DNA of 64,000 bases, taken from the NCBI RefSeq assembly GCF_009914755.1, contig NC_060938.1. One strand, given 5' to 3'. How positions within the stretch are numbered: the stretch's first letter is position 1; the number at the start of each line of letters is the position of its first letter. The notes beneath the pieces are model-generated. The model saw only the letters and a program-made list of their open reading frames with translations, was not told where the DNA came from and did not search any database. This document shows, piece after piece, positions 40,836 through 54,860 of this stretch. The position numbers and the translations under genes were made by a program. Source of the DNA: the human T2T-CHM13v2.0 reference genome, Homo sapiens.

Positions 40836-41424
40836 ATGAAAGCAATAGGTTACCAGACACTAGACATAAGGAATGAAGGACAATGCTAGGCTGGAAACCA
40901 TGAAGAGAGCCCTGTGACTCCCTCATTTTATTGCATTAGGAGAGTTTCCTGGCTACAGTGCAGGGAGCAGGTGCCCAGGCCAAGTTTGGCAAAACCTTGA
41001 GCTAAGGAGATATAGTTGAGGGTCTAGGGAGACAAAGAGGACTACAATATCTGCTTTCTTTATGACCCAATTTCTGTATGACTACAAGTTTCGGAGCAGA
41101 GTACTGGAGCGAAGAAAGACACATAGTAGGAAAACTATAAAGATCAGCAGAAAGTTTCTCCCAAGTATTTAACTGAATAATTATTAGTACATATGTGTGA
41201 TGCAGTTCCTAGAAGCCAGAAAACACACCACTTGATTGGATTAGAGATGAGAGTGTTTGGTACTTGTACAGCACTTAAAATAATACATGCTTCTACTATC
41301 CAGACCAAAAAAACCCTCATAATTTAACTCATAATTTACCGAATGCTGAGTAGAATACACAGAAGAGGTCTTGCCTTTGTAGTGAAGAACAGCACTGACC
41401 CCTCTTCTGATTTCACATTGCACA

Positions 41425-41707
41425 TCTCTTTTTTCTTGAGACATAGTCTCACTTTGTCACCCATGCTGGAGTGCAGTGGCGCAATCTTGGCTCACTGCAA
41501 CCTCTGTCTCCCGGTTCAAGCGATTCTCCTACTGGGATTCCAGGCACACACTATCACACCTGGCTATTTTTTTCTTTTTTTTTTCAGTAGAGACGGGGTT
41601 TCGCCATGTTGGCCAAGCTGGTCTTGAACTCCAGACCTCAGGTGATTCATCCCCACCTCAGGCTCCCAAAGTGCTGGGATTACAAGCATGAGCCCCCGTT
41701 CCTGGCT
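41425..41707 (-). mobile_element. AluS with internal deletion
   Basis: Reverse Alu. TSD cacattgca(c/a)atct. Confidence 0.88.
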
Positions 41708-41821
41708 CACATTGCAAATCTTAAAAGCAGCATAGCAAAGGTTCAAACTGTACTGAAGTAACTCAACTGCATCCAGGACAAAGCTCAAGAATATAGGAAT
41801 ACCAAAATATTCCTGTATCAA

Positions 41822-42241
41822 AATGTCCATCAATGATAGACTGGATTAAGAAAATGTGACACATATACACCATGGAATACTATGCAGCCATAAAAAATGA
41901 TGAGTTCATGTCCTTTTTAGGGACATGGATGAAGCTGGAAACCATCATTCTCAGCAAACTATCGCAAGGACAAAAAACCAACCACTGCATGTTCTCACTC
42001 ATAAGTGGGAGTTGAACAATGAGAACACTTGGACACAGGGTGGGGAACATCACACACCAGGGCCTGTTGTGGGGTGGGGGAGGGGGGAGGGATAGCATTA
42101 GGAGATATACCTAATGTAAATGACGAGTTAATGGGTGCAGCACACCAACATGGCACATGTATACACATGTAACAAACCTGCACATTATGCACATGTACCC
42201 TAGAGCTTAAAGTATAATAAAATATATATATATTAAAAAAA
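41822..42241 (+). mobile_element. 5'-truncated L1PA 3' end (L1PA4-6-like)
   Basis: ggggggaggggggagggatagcattaggagatatacctaatgtaaatgacgagttaatgggtgcagcacaccaacatggcac...ttaaagtataataaaa. Confidence 0.92.
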
Positions 42242-43028
42242 GGTAAAATTCACCATACCTGGTATCCAGTCAAAGATTATCAGACATGTAAAAAAGCAGG
42301 AAAATACCATCAATAATGAGAAGAAAAGTCAATCAATGGAACTTGACTAAGAATTGGCACAGATAGAAGTAGCAGAAAGAGCATTAAACAAATTACTGTA
42401 ACTGAGTTTCGCATGGCCAAAGGGTCTGGTAGAGACATGGAAGTATGAAAGACCCAAACTGAACTTCTAGAGATGAAAGATAAAAACTACAATGTATGTA
42501 ATAAAAAATATACTGGCTAAGATGAGTGAACTTGAAGTCATACCAATAAAAGCTATCCAAAGTGAAACACAAAAAGAAAAAAAGAATTTAAAAAAAAAAC
42601 AGAGCATCAGTGAACTGTGGAACAACTTCAAGAAGCCTATCATATGGATAATTTAAATGCCCAAAGAGGAGAAGAGCGAGGTGGGAATACGTTGCAGTCC
42701 GGATCCACACAAAGAAATGAACAGCATGAGAAATTGTGAATGTTTACATATTTAGGTAGGCTAATATATGTTTTACTTATTATTTAAATCTCTTTAATAA
42801 GATAATTGAGCACTTAGATAAAATAATAACAATGTGGTGTTGTATTGATGACATATATGAAAAGAAAATACACAAATGCCAAAGTAAAATGTAAAAATCA
42901 AAGATTTACGGCTGATAGACTAACAGCCTAAATAGACTGAACAGAATTTTTAAAAGTTAAATTAATTCAAAAGAATGCAGAAAGAGAAGAAAACATAACA
43001 AAGAAAGGTAAATGAAAAATAAATAACA

Positions 43029-43368
<340 letters not shown>

Positions 43369-45330
43369 TTATCAGTTAAAATCCAACCATATCAAATAAT
43401 CACACTGATGGTCTAAATGGAAATGGTCTAGAAATCTCATTTGGAAAACTCATTAAGATACACTTACTCTCAAGCTGACATACAGATTTATCAAAATCAA
43501 AATTCTAACAGGCTTATTTTTGGAAATTGATAATCTGATTTCAAAATTCATATGAAAATAGAAATTACCTAGAATAGCTAAAACAACATTCAAAAAGAAG
43601 ATTAAAGGTGATTGGATAACACCGTCTAATCTCAAGACTTAGTATAAAGCTACCTATTTTATAAAGCTATAAAGGAATTATGATAGATCAGTAGAACATA
43701 GCATAGAGCCCAGAAAGTTTGATGTTAGAACAATTGGCTATCCATACACACACACACATACAAAACTCTAATCTTCAATTTGTACCTTGTACCATAACAA
43801 AAATTAACTCAAATTGTATTACATAGCTAAACATAAAACATAAAGTTTACAAAACTTCTAGAAGAAAACATTTATGACCTTGGATTAGGCAAAGATTTCT
43901 TTATAGACTCACAAAGGCATGATGTGATGTGTGTAAGAACAAATTGGTAAATTAATCAAAATCCAAACCTATGCTCCTTTAAAAAACACTATTGAAAACA
44001 TGAAAAGACAAGTGACAGTCTGGGAGAAACTATGTTTAAATCATCTTATAAAGGATTTGCACTCAGAATGTACAAAGAACTCTCAAAAGTCAACAATAAG
44101 AAAGCAAACAACCCAATAAAATAATTAACAACAGATCGGAACAGATGCTTCCCCAAAGAAGATAAACAAATGGTACATAAATACATAGAAAGATACTGGC
44201 CATCATTAGTCATTAGGGAAATACAAACTAAAACCTTAGTGAGATATCACAACACACCTACTCAAATAGTTAAATTTAAAAGATGGATAGCAATTAAAGG
44301 GTATCAAGGATGTAGAACAACCAGAACTCTCGTACACTTCTGGCGGGAATATAGAATGGTACAACCACTTAGGAAAACAGTTGGCAGTTTCTTAAAAAGC
44401 TAAACAGTCACCTATTGTATGATTCAGGCATTCCACTCCTGGGTATTTCCCAAGAGAAAGGACGGCAGCACATGCTCGTATGAAGACTGACACATGAATG
44501 TTCACAGCAGCTTTACATGTAATAACCCCAAACTGGAAGTAACCCAAATGTCTATCAACAAGTGAAAAACTGTGCCTTATAGGTACAATAGAATACTCTC
44601 CAGCAATAAAAATAAATAAGCTATTGATCAACTATTTGGATGAATTTCAAAATAATTATACTGAGTAAAACAAAAACCATATAAAATAAGAATATAGACC
44701 ACATGATTTCATGTATATAATACTCTAGAAAATAAAAACTACTCTCTACTGACAAAAAGCACATCCATGGTTCCTTGTGGAGGTGGGAAGAGTTACAAAT
44801 GGGCATGAGGAATCCTTTGGGGGTGAGGGATTTGTTCATTGTCTTGATTGTGGTAAATAGTCTCATGAGTGTGTACACTGTATATATCAGCACTCAACAA
44901 CGTGTATATTAATTATACTCTAATAGAGTTATTTAAAACTTTTTAAAAGTTTGTTCATTACATTTTATGTAGATTTCACCTAATAAAAGAACCAAAAATA
45001 AATATAGTCATGCAACGCATAATGATGTTTTGGTCAACAATAGGCTTCATATACTACGGTGGCCCCATAAGATTATAATAGAGCTGAAAAATTCCTATCA
45101 CCTAGTGATGTTGTAGCCACGGTAATGTCACAGTGCAATGCGTTACTCACATGTTTGTGGTGTTGTTCTTGTAAGCAAACCTACTTTGCTACCACTTGTA
45201 TAAAAGAATAGCACATATAATTCTGTACAGTAGATAATAATAATAATCAACTATGTTATGGTTTAAGTATTTACTATAGTATACTTTCTATCATTATTTT
45301 AGAGTTTGCTCTTATTTATTAAAAAAATAA

Positions 45331-45852
<522 letters not shown>

Positions 45853-46244
45853 TAAAAGTAAAAAAAAAAAAAAATAGAAAAATGCTTATAGAGGAAGGAT
45901 ACAAAAATAAAAATATTTTTGTTGTGTTGTAAGCTAAGTGTTATTACAAAAAAGTCAAAAAGTTAAAAAAATTGTTTATAAAGTTACAATAAGCTAAGGT
46001 TTGTTTATGATTGACAAAAGATATTCATATATGAATTCAGAATAGCCTAAGTGTTCAGTGTTTATGATCTACAGTAGTGCACGGTAATGTCTTCGGCCTT
46101 CCCATTCACTCACCACTCACTCACAGACTCACCCAGAGCAATGCCCAGTCCTGTAAACTCCATTCATGCTAAGTGCCCTAGACAGGTGGACCATTACCAT
46201 TTTTTATCTTTTACACCATATTTTTTTTACCATACTTTTTCTAT

Positions 46245-46539
<295 letters not shown>

Positions 46540-47324
46540 CTGCCTATTGTGTTACAATTGCCTACAGTATTCAGTACAGTAACATGCTGTACAAGCTTGG
46601 AGCCTAAGAGCAATGGGCTGTACCATGTAGCCTAGGTGTGTAGTAGACTGTGCCATCTAGGTTTGTGTAAGTACAATCTGTGATGTACACACAATGATGA
46701 AATCCCCTAACAATGCATTTATTAGAACGTATTTCTGTCCTTAAGCGGCGCATGACAGTATTGATCTTTCGTCAACGATAAGCATATTGCATTGTTTAGG
46801 AATGAAGTGTACTGATGTCTCCAACTTAATATGAAATGCCAGGATGAAGAAGAAAATGAATTGCTGGAAGGATAAAGGGCTGAATAGATAGATAAATATG
46901 TAATGACACATTGTTTGTTCCTCCTCACATCAATTTATTTCTTTGCCATGTCTACCACAGAGAGTGCTGGCAGATGGTACCACTCTACTTTTTTAGCCCA
47001 GTAAGCCCACTTCCTTGTTAGAAGGTTTTCTACATAACCTTTGACTCTTCTTCAAGACTTGGAGCCCTGCCACGCCTTCCTGTGGTTCCCTTTAATTAGC
47101 ATTTTATCCACAACAGTGCTAGAAAAGTTTCTCTCTAATTTATTGACCAGGACACACGTATAACTTTTTTATCGCTCACTAAAGAAATCCCAGCTGTTTA
47201 TTCTCCGAATGCCATAGCCACAGTGAGCACTCGTTTCATTATTCCACGTGTGAACTATATGGAAAAGGGCTCATCGCGGCTATTTATTCTATACTCTGAA
47301 TCTCAATGGGGTTCTGTTTGGATG

Positions 47325-47714
47325 TTGCATTAGTTGCTTGCTCAGGCTGTCATAACATGATACAGCAGACTGTGTGGCTTAAACAAAAGACATTTATTTG
47401 ATCAGTTCTGGAGGCTGGAAGGTTAAGATCAAGGTGCCAGTGCGGTGAGGGTTGGGGGAGGGGGGTTTCATCTGAGACCTCTCTCCCTGGCTTGTAGATG
47501 GCTGTCTTCTTGGAGGCTCTTGGCGTGGTTTTCCCTCTGTGCATGTGTGCCCCTGGTGTCTCTCTGTGTTTAAGTTTACTCTTGCTATTAGGAAGATTGG
47601 ATGAGGGCCCACCCTAAGGACCTTATGCTGACTCAATCATTTCTTTAAAGAGCCTGTCTCCAGATGCAGTCCAATTTGGAGGTATTGGGAGTTAGGGCAT
47701 TTCAGCCCCTAACA
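47325..47714 (-). mobile_element. MLT1B/C-like MaLR LTR
   Basis: cagttctggaggctggaaggttaagatcaaggtgcc...ctctccctggcttgtagatggctgtcttc...ttcagcccctaaca. Confidence 0.78.
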
Positions 47715-48387
47715 GATGTACCGTAAAAAATGCAGCATGCATGTTGTACCTGCACCTTGCTCTGTAAGCCTTTCCTTGGTTATCAGCAGTGCAGTAGATA
47801 TATACCCAAGTGACCTTTTCTACAGGGGTGGGTTCTTCCCAACTGTCTCTATCTAGCTCCAGCTCCAGTCCAAACCACCATCATTTGGCATCTGGAATTT
47901 TCCAACAGCCTTAAAGCCAAGTCCCCATTTGTTCTTCATTCAGCAGGTTGAGAAGCTTTGAAACACGCAGGTGTGGTCGTGTCCACACAGTCGCAGTCCG
48001 CTCCACTTCAGCCCTGCAGTGGCAACCAGGATCAAGTCCACATTCTAACTTGGCTTTATAGCATCCTTTCTCAGCTGTTCAACTTCTCTTGATAGCTTAG
48101 CTCCTTGGTTATCTGCGCCCCAGCCACAGCAGCTTCCCATCTTTTCCTTGATGTCCCAAGCCTCTTCTTTCCCTAGGATCTTCACACATGTTATGTATTT
48201 CTCTTGGCTGAACTCTCCTACTCCTACCCACTACCTCTTCTATTCAGCATAAGGGTCACTTGCTTTGGGGGACAGTCCCGTGACCACTCCAACTCTCTCC
48301 ACAAACTAGGGTAGGACTCCCGGGTATATACTTTCTTTATGCTGCTCTTCAGGGCTGTTACTAATAATAATATGAACAGCAACACTG

Positions 48388-48468
48388 TTACTATTAATAG
48401 TAATAGTATATTATTAATTTACTATTAATAGTAATAGTATATTATTAATATACTATTAATAGTAATAA
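48388..48468. repeat. 31-bp AT-rich tandem repeat (about 2.6 copies) with a palindromic core
   Basis: ttactattaatagtaa at 48388 and 48419, and with one mismatch at 48450. Confidence 0.9.
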
Positions 48469-51416
48469 TTCTACTGTTATGTGTTTCAGTGCCTGCCCCT
48501 CTCCTACACTGCAGACTCCTTAAAAACAGGGAAAATGTTCAACTTATTCCTCGTTGTAGCCCAACCACTAGCCAATGCATCACACATACTAAGTTATCAA
48601 TACATATTTGTTGAATGAACTAATGAAGCCACAGAAACCTTTAAATCAACTGACCCTTAGCTGTTTGCCACAGTTTACAGATTATTCATTCTACTCACCC
48701 TTTGATCATTTTATTCCCAACTGGAGGTTTCATCAGTCGGATGACAGGCAATGAGGAGAGAGACCAATGAGTCATTTTCTAAGCAGCTGTAGTTAAGGTC
48801 AAAGGAGGGGGAGGGGGAGGAGGGAGTGGGCAAAGAACAAGGTTAACCATTGAGCTGCTGTGCATTGATTACCTTTGATTGATACTCCTCAGTTATGCTG
48901 CCCCATTCATTAGCATGAGGAGGTGAAGGTTGGATGTAATTTTAAACAACAGTTTGAGGCATTTCTATTCTGGTTCTGAAACAGCTTAAATATTTTATGA
49001 GTTTTTAAGATTGGGAGAAATTAAAGCAAGTATGTAATCTTGCTCTGTGTGTGTATAAATATATACACATATGAAATTTAAATATACTCACACAAAATCT
49101 TATTGTAGAGAATCTCATAAATCTAAAAAAGATAGGGAGTCTAAAAAAAACCTACCCATATGTAAACATAATATGAAAATATATTCAGTGTTAATTTCAG
49201 AATTTATTGCAATCTGCAGAACATCTTTAACAATTGCACATACACCCTCCCAAGAGCAAGAGGGAATTTTTTTTAAAAATGAAATATTTTGCATAAAATA
49301 TTTTGATATTTAAAAAAACCAAAACCAATATAACTTTTAAAAACTATAAAAGAAATGTCTAGCAGGAGTTGTAAGGGAACAGTTTTTGGGGAAAAAAGTA
49401 ATTTCGCTATAGTTTCTATTCTCTGAAAGTGGGACCAATGTACTAGATAATTATGTACTTTGGGATCATTAAGGGGCTTTTAGCAAATAATTTATCTAGT
49501 GTTCAAATGGGAATGTAAATAAATGAGTAATTTTTCTTTGTTAATTATAATTCTTGTGAATTACAATGTCTAGGCACCTCTCCAGGACCACAAATCCACC
49601 CATGAGTCAGAAAATGCCACCAACAATGTTGATACTGCATGTGATGAAGTTTTTTTTTTTCCATGAGTAATCATTATCTTCAATTTTAGATCATTTCAGA
49701 AATAAAAACTGACAATAAAGGTAACTTCTCTTTCATTCCATTTCTTGTATGCATTTTATGGTTTAGAATATGTTTCTATATCTCAATGAAGCAATTTATA
49801 GTAGAGGCATTACTTTTTATTAAGTACATATTATGCATATTTTATTACGACTTGCTACAATTGAACATGTTTTAAAAGATTAACTCCCAAGTCACTCCTG
49901 TTTCTGCCAAAATGAAAAAGAAAGAGAATACATTTCAGTGTGACTTAGCCTAAGAAATTCTATAAACTATAAATATTAGAACAATTGTGATTTAGATCTT
50001 ATTTAAGATTTCAAAGCATTTTGCCACTGATTTAGTTTGATTACCATATTATCCAGTTATGTGCATTAGAAAATGTCTCTGTGATGTGGTTCTGTAAATG
50101 ATCTTGTGACTTGTGCACTCCTCTTCCTTTAAAAACCAAAAGCAATTCACAAAAGAGGCTTATGGATTTGCAATTAAAATAGGAGTGTGTTGCCTGAAAC
50201 CAGAGAGGGTGCCGTGGAGTTTGACCTTCCATTTGTACATAGTAGCAGGTCCTAATAATATATGCGCACATGTGTCTTTTTTTCAAATTCAAAGGAAAAC
50301 AATTTGCAAGTGCAAACAGGGTAAGTGGTAAGTCTCTGTTTTTTGAGGATCTGAGGGGTTTGTAAATGCTAATTTTAAAAAAGGTACTCAGAGGATTCTT
50401 AGAGCAGGAGGGAGGGAGCTGAGACAGTTATTTCAACCCACTTAATGTTATCGACATACCAGAAACCCCAAGGATTAACATTGCAGCATCATCTCCTGTT
50501 TTGGTCTACCTACTATGTGCTCAGAGCCTTCTCAGTGTCATCCCACTCAATTCCTAGCAAAAGCGTGGCAAGATCTGTGACATCATTTTAAGCATGGGGA
50601 AAGGTGGCTTACTCAAGTTTGCACGGTTGATAAGTAATGGGGTAGAGATATAGACCCAGACCATGTCCAAGCAGATCTCTTTCTACTCCCTGCTGTCTAC
50701 ACTGGGAGTTTGTTAGTGAATTAAAGAAGTCGGCAGTTAGTGCTATTTTCACTGCACACCAATCAGTTATAGGGGATGCTGTCTTGCCTGTTTCCACTCC
50801 GCTCAACCTGTGGGTGAAATGCCGCTTCTGTGCTCTCATGGAAACACCCCCATGGCTGCCCAGGGCATGCCCAGGGCCACCTCTGGCCAGGGCTGCCCAC
50901 ACATGTCCTACCAGGTGATGCACTCACCAGGAGTCACTTGGTTCACCCAGTCCTCCTTGTTCCAAGTGTTCTTCTTATAATGAGCTAATTTAATTAAATG
51001 TTACATATTTCATATAAGTCAATGAAACAGTGTGAAAGGAAATTTGTTGTTTTCATGGAACTTAAGATGAAGGCTTTCAAAAGATGTTATAAAGGAAAGT
51101 TACTATTAAAACGACTGTCAAATTGGGTATAGATCAGATAATTCTAAAGTCTTGGGGGGGAAATGAGAATGATTCAGAAGGATTCTGAGTATTGGTTACT
51201 TGGCACGTATCTTCATGTTTTAGCTACACTTGAAAGAAACTGGAAATCATAGAGATTGCATTATAGAGGTGGCTTATAAAAACGAGATCATAGCCCCCAA
51301 CCCCTCAAAGCAAAGGCCTGGGCCCAAAAGCAAAAGTTTGATAAGTTAAAATACATTATATATTTTAAATTAAAAAGAAAGGTCTTAAGGTATTTAAGAT
51401 TTTCTACTTTAATGTG

Positions 51417-51773
51417 CGTATTAGTCTGTTTTCACGGCGCTGATAAAGACATACCTGAGACTGGGTGATTTATAAAGCGAAAGAGGTTTAATGGACTCAC
51501 AGTTCCATGTGGCTGAGGAGGGCTCGCAATCATGGCGAAAGGCGAAAGGCACGTCTTACATGGCGGCAGGAAAGACAGAATGAAAACCAAGTGAAAGGGG
51601 AAACGCTTTATAAAACAATCAGACCTCGTGAGACTCACTACCATGAGAAACTATGGGGGAAATCGCCCCCATGGTTCAATTATCTCCTACTGGGTCCCTC
51701 CCACAACACGTTGGAATTATGGGAGCTACAATTCAAGATGAGATTTGGGTGGGGACACAGCCAAACCATATCA
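51417..51773 (-). mobile_element. THE1B solo LTR, CpG-rich
   Basis: cgtattagtctgttttcacggcgctgataaagacatacctgagactggg...ggggacacagccaaaccatatca. TSD atgtg/atggg. Confidence 0.9.
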
Positions 51774-52739
51774 ATGGGCTTTTCTAATTAACTGACCAGA
51801 TAGTGGTCCCAAAAGAACTAGGTCACAGGGCTTCGACTTCAATTTTAAAAATTATAATGCTTAGCTTCTACTAGGGGCTTATCCTATGAAGGGCATTGTG
51901 CAGGTAGGCATTCAACATGAATAAGAGTAATGTGAAAACTAATAAATAACATTTATTGACCAGTTACTCTTCTTACGATTTGTAGCCCCTTTCTAGAATT
52001 ACCTCAATGTTACAGATAAATCAGCCAAAACTTAATGTCCTCCAGGGCTTTAGGCCACTCCTAAAGAGACTACAGTGGAGAGAATGGTAGACATATGGAG
52101 TCAAAGACCTCAGTTTAAATTATAATTCCACCACTGATACGCCTCAGACAAGTTGGCTGACCTCTTTGAGTTCTTCTTACTGCTTTGGTAAACCCAGGAC
52201 AAATAATGTGCCCTGTATAAGGTTGCTGTCAGGATCATATGAGAGTGCCAAGGCTGGTGCTTAATAAATGACGCTTCTTTCCCTCTCCCCACATTCACGT
52301 GGAAAGGTAAACATTACGTAAAATAAAGACAGGCAGGTGCTATGATGGAAGAAAAGAGAGGAATTCCTTTGGATTGACTGAACCAGGGAAGGCTTCCAAA
52401 TCACAGTCACATGAGTTGGACTCTGCACCTAGGGTGAATGTGGCAATCAGCCTCAAGAACATTAAGAGCCAAAGAATGGAGTTGGAAAAACACAGGCTAT
52501 GGGGTGGTGGGAAAGCATGGGGAATAGAAAGTAGTGAGGGTGAAAAGGACAGCTTTGGACAGACAACAAAGGCCTCATAGGTCAGACGAAAATGATTGTA
52601 CTTGATCTGGAAGGCATTCAAATGATCGGCTTAGAGCTATGAGAGGGCAAGTAGTAAGGGGGGAGGTGGGCCACATGTCAAGGCTGCATTATCTCCTTCC
52701 CTCTCCCTCTCTCCCTCACTCCATTTATTTCTTCACTAA

Positions 52740-52943
52740 ACCATCATACAATCACCCATCCATCTATCCCACCCAACGATTCATCCACTCACCTAACCAC
52801 CCAGCAATCCATCCATCCTATCTTTCACCCAGCTTACCCACCCTACCCATCTATCCATCTACTCATCCATCCATCCATCCATCCATCCAACCATCCATCC
52901 ATCCAACCATCCATCCATCCATCCATCCATCCATCCATCCATC
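52740..52943. repeat. (TCCA)n tetranucleotide repeat, degenerate on the left
   Basis: Direct read. Purest at about 52865-52943. Confidence 0.9.
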
Positions 52944-53849
52944 CTCTCTTTATAAAGAAAGCAGGAAATATAAGAGTTTCGGAGATAGAGAGATTCTTCT
53001 CCCTCTCTTTGTGGTGGGAATACTGCTATTGTCACTACCATCACTACTAACACAGCGCTTAGTAACAATTCTTTATATGGGTAGAGTTTTCTGCTGTTAT
53101 GCAACTCATTCAAAGCACTATTTCATTTGAACCTCACAACAGTGATTTCACATAGTCAGGACAGGCATACCTACGTCTATTACATATAAGAACATACAAC
53201 TTATCGAGTTTACCAGGACCTGGGTGGCATAATAAGGATTTGACATGAGGTCTTCAGATTTGAGATCTTTTCTGCCTTAGCCCATCCCTTACTTATCACC
53301 CATCATGATGGACCTATCAGGCTGAGGAAGAGGGGCCCCTTCCAAGTGTGAGGCCATCCGTGGTGGCCACCAAACAGCCATCCCCAGTTTTGGGCCTCTG
53401 TTCATGAATGGGAAGATGGCTGCTTATCATGCAAATATACACGGTGTCTGAATGCTGTGTGCACAGAAATGTCCCCATTCATAGAGTAGGAGACAGCTGG
53501 AAGTAATCTCAAATGCATTATGCATTGTGATTGCATTGGCAGAGGGGTAAGAAATGTTAAAGTTTTGTTACAATAATAATAACCATTGTGACAATACGAT
53601 TTGTTTTACTGACGCCCATTTTTTGGCAACTCTATCGTTATAAACACAGCATGTGACTGTACTTTAATGAGACTGTATAAACTTATGCTTGTTTATGAGA
53701 ATATATTCATCAAGCCACTCTAGGTCCTTATTTTCTGGGGCACTTCTCTCTCCACAGCTGCGGCCATGTGACCTCCAGCTGCAAGGCCTAGTGTGGTCGT
53801 GGTATGCGGGGCCAGTGTGTCTGAATGGAATAGCTCTGGTTTGGGAGGA

Positions 53850-54225
53850 GGGGGATCAACACTCTGGCTGCACATTCGAATCACTGTGTGAACTTCTAAA
53901 AAATACCCACACCTGGGAACTAATCCAAACGAGTTAAATCTGATTCTCTAAGGATAGGGGCCAGGCATGGGAAGTTTTTGAAAATTCCCTAGTTAATTCT
54001 AAAATGCAGCCAACTCTAAGAACTACTGCTCTAGTTCTGTGCGTCTCAGTCTATAATGTGCACACCAATTACCTGGGGATCTTTTCAAAATACAGATTCT
54101 GAAACAGTAGGTCCAGGGCAGAGGATGGGGTGGAAAGGGGAAAGAGGTACAGGCCAGGAAGGTTTTCATTTCTCTGAAGGTCCCGGGGATGCTAAGGCAG
54201 CGAGCTCTTGACCACAGTCTGAGTA
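53850..54225. mobile_element. Adjacent MER5B/MER5A-like MITEs
   Basis: ctggctgcacattcgaatcac...ttctaaaatgcagcc and aattacctggggatcttttcaaaatacagattctg...gaccacagtctgagtagc. Confidence 0.7.
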
Positions 54226-54564
54226 GCAATGCTCCAGCTAACCATTATGGATCTTCACACGGGGTTTCTCCTGGAATCCAGTGCTGACTATAACTGGATT
54301 AAAATACTCTGGTTCGTGTTTCTTGCTTCCCAGGAACTAATGGAAATTACATCTGTGATTGACATTGACTTTGAAAATACCATGGAGAACATACCGTGGA
54401 AGGCTGAAGGTGGGCAAATGTTCTGACTTCTGAAAGAAGATGACACATGATTTAGGTGTCTGGCAAAACTCTGGAAGGAATCATTTAACAGACTGTTTAT
54501 GGCACATGGGAAGGAAAGAGGTGGTCACTATGAGCCAGTTCAGGGATACCAGCAATAAGTCATG

Positions 54565-54860
<296 letters not shown>

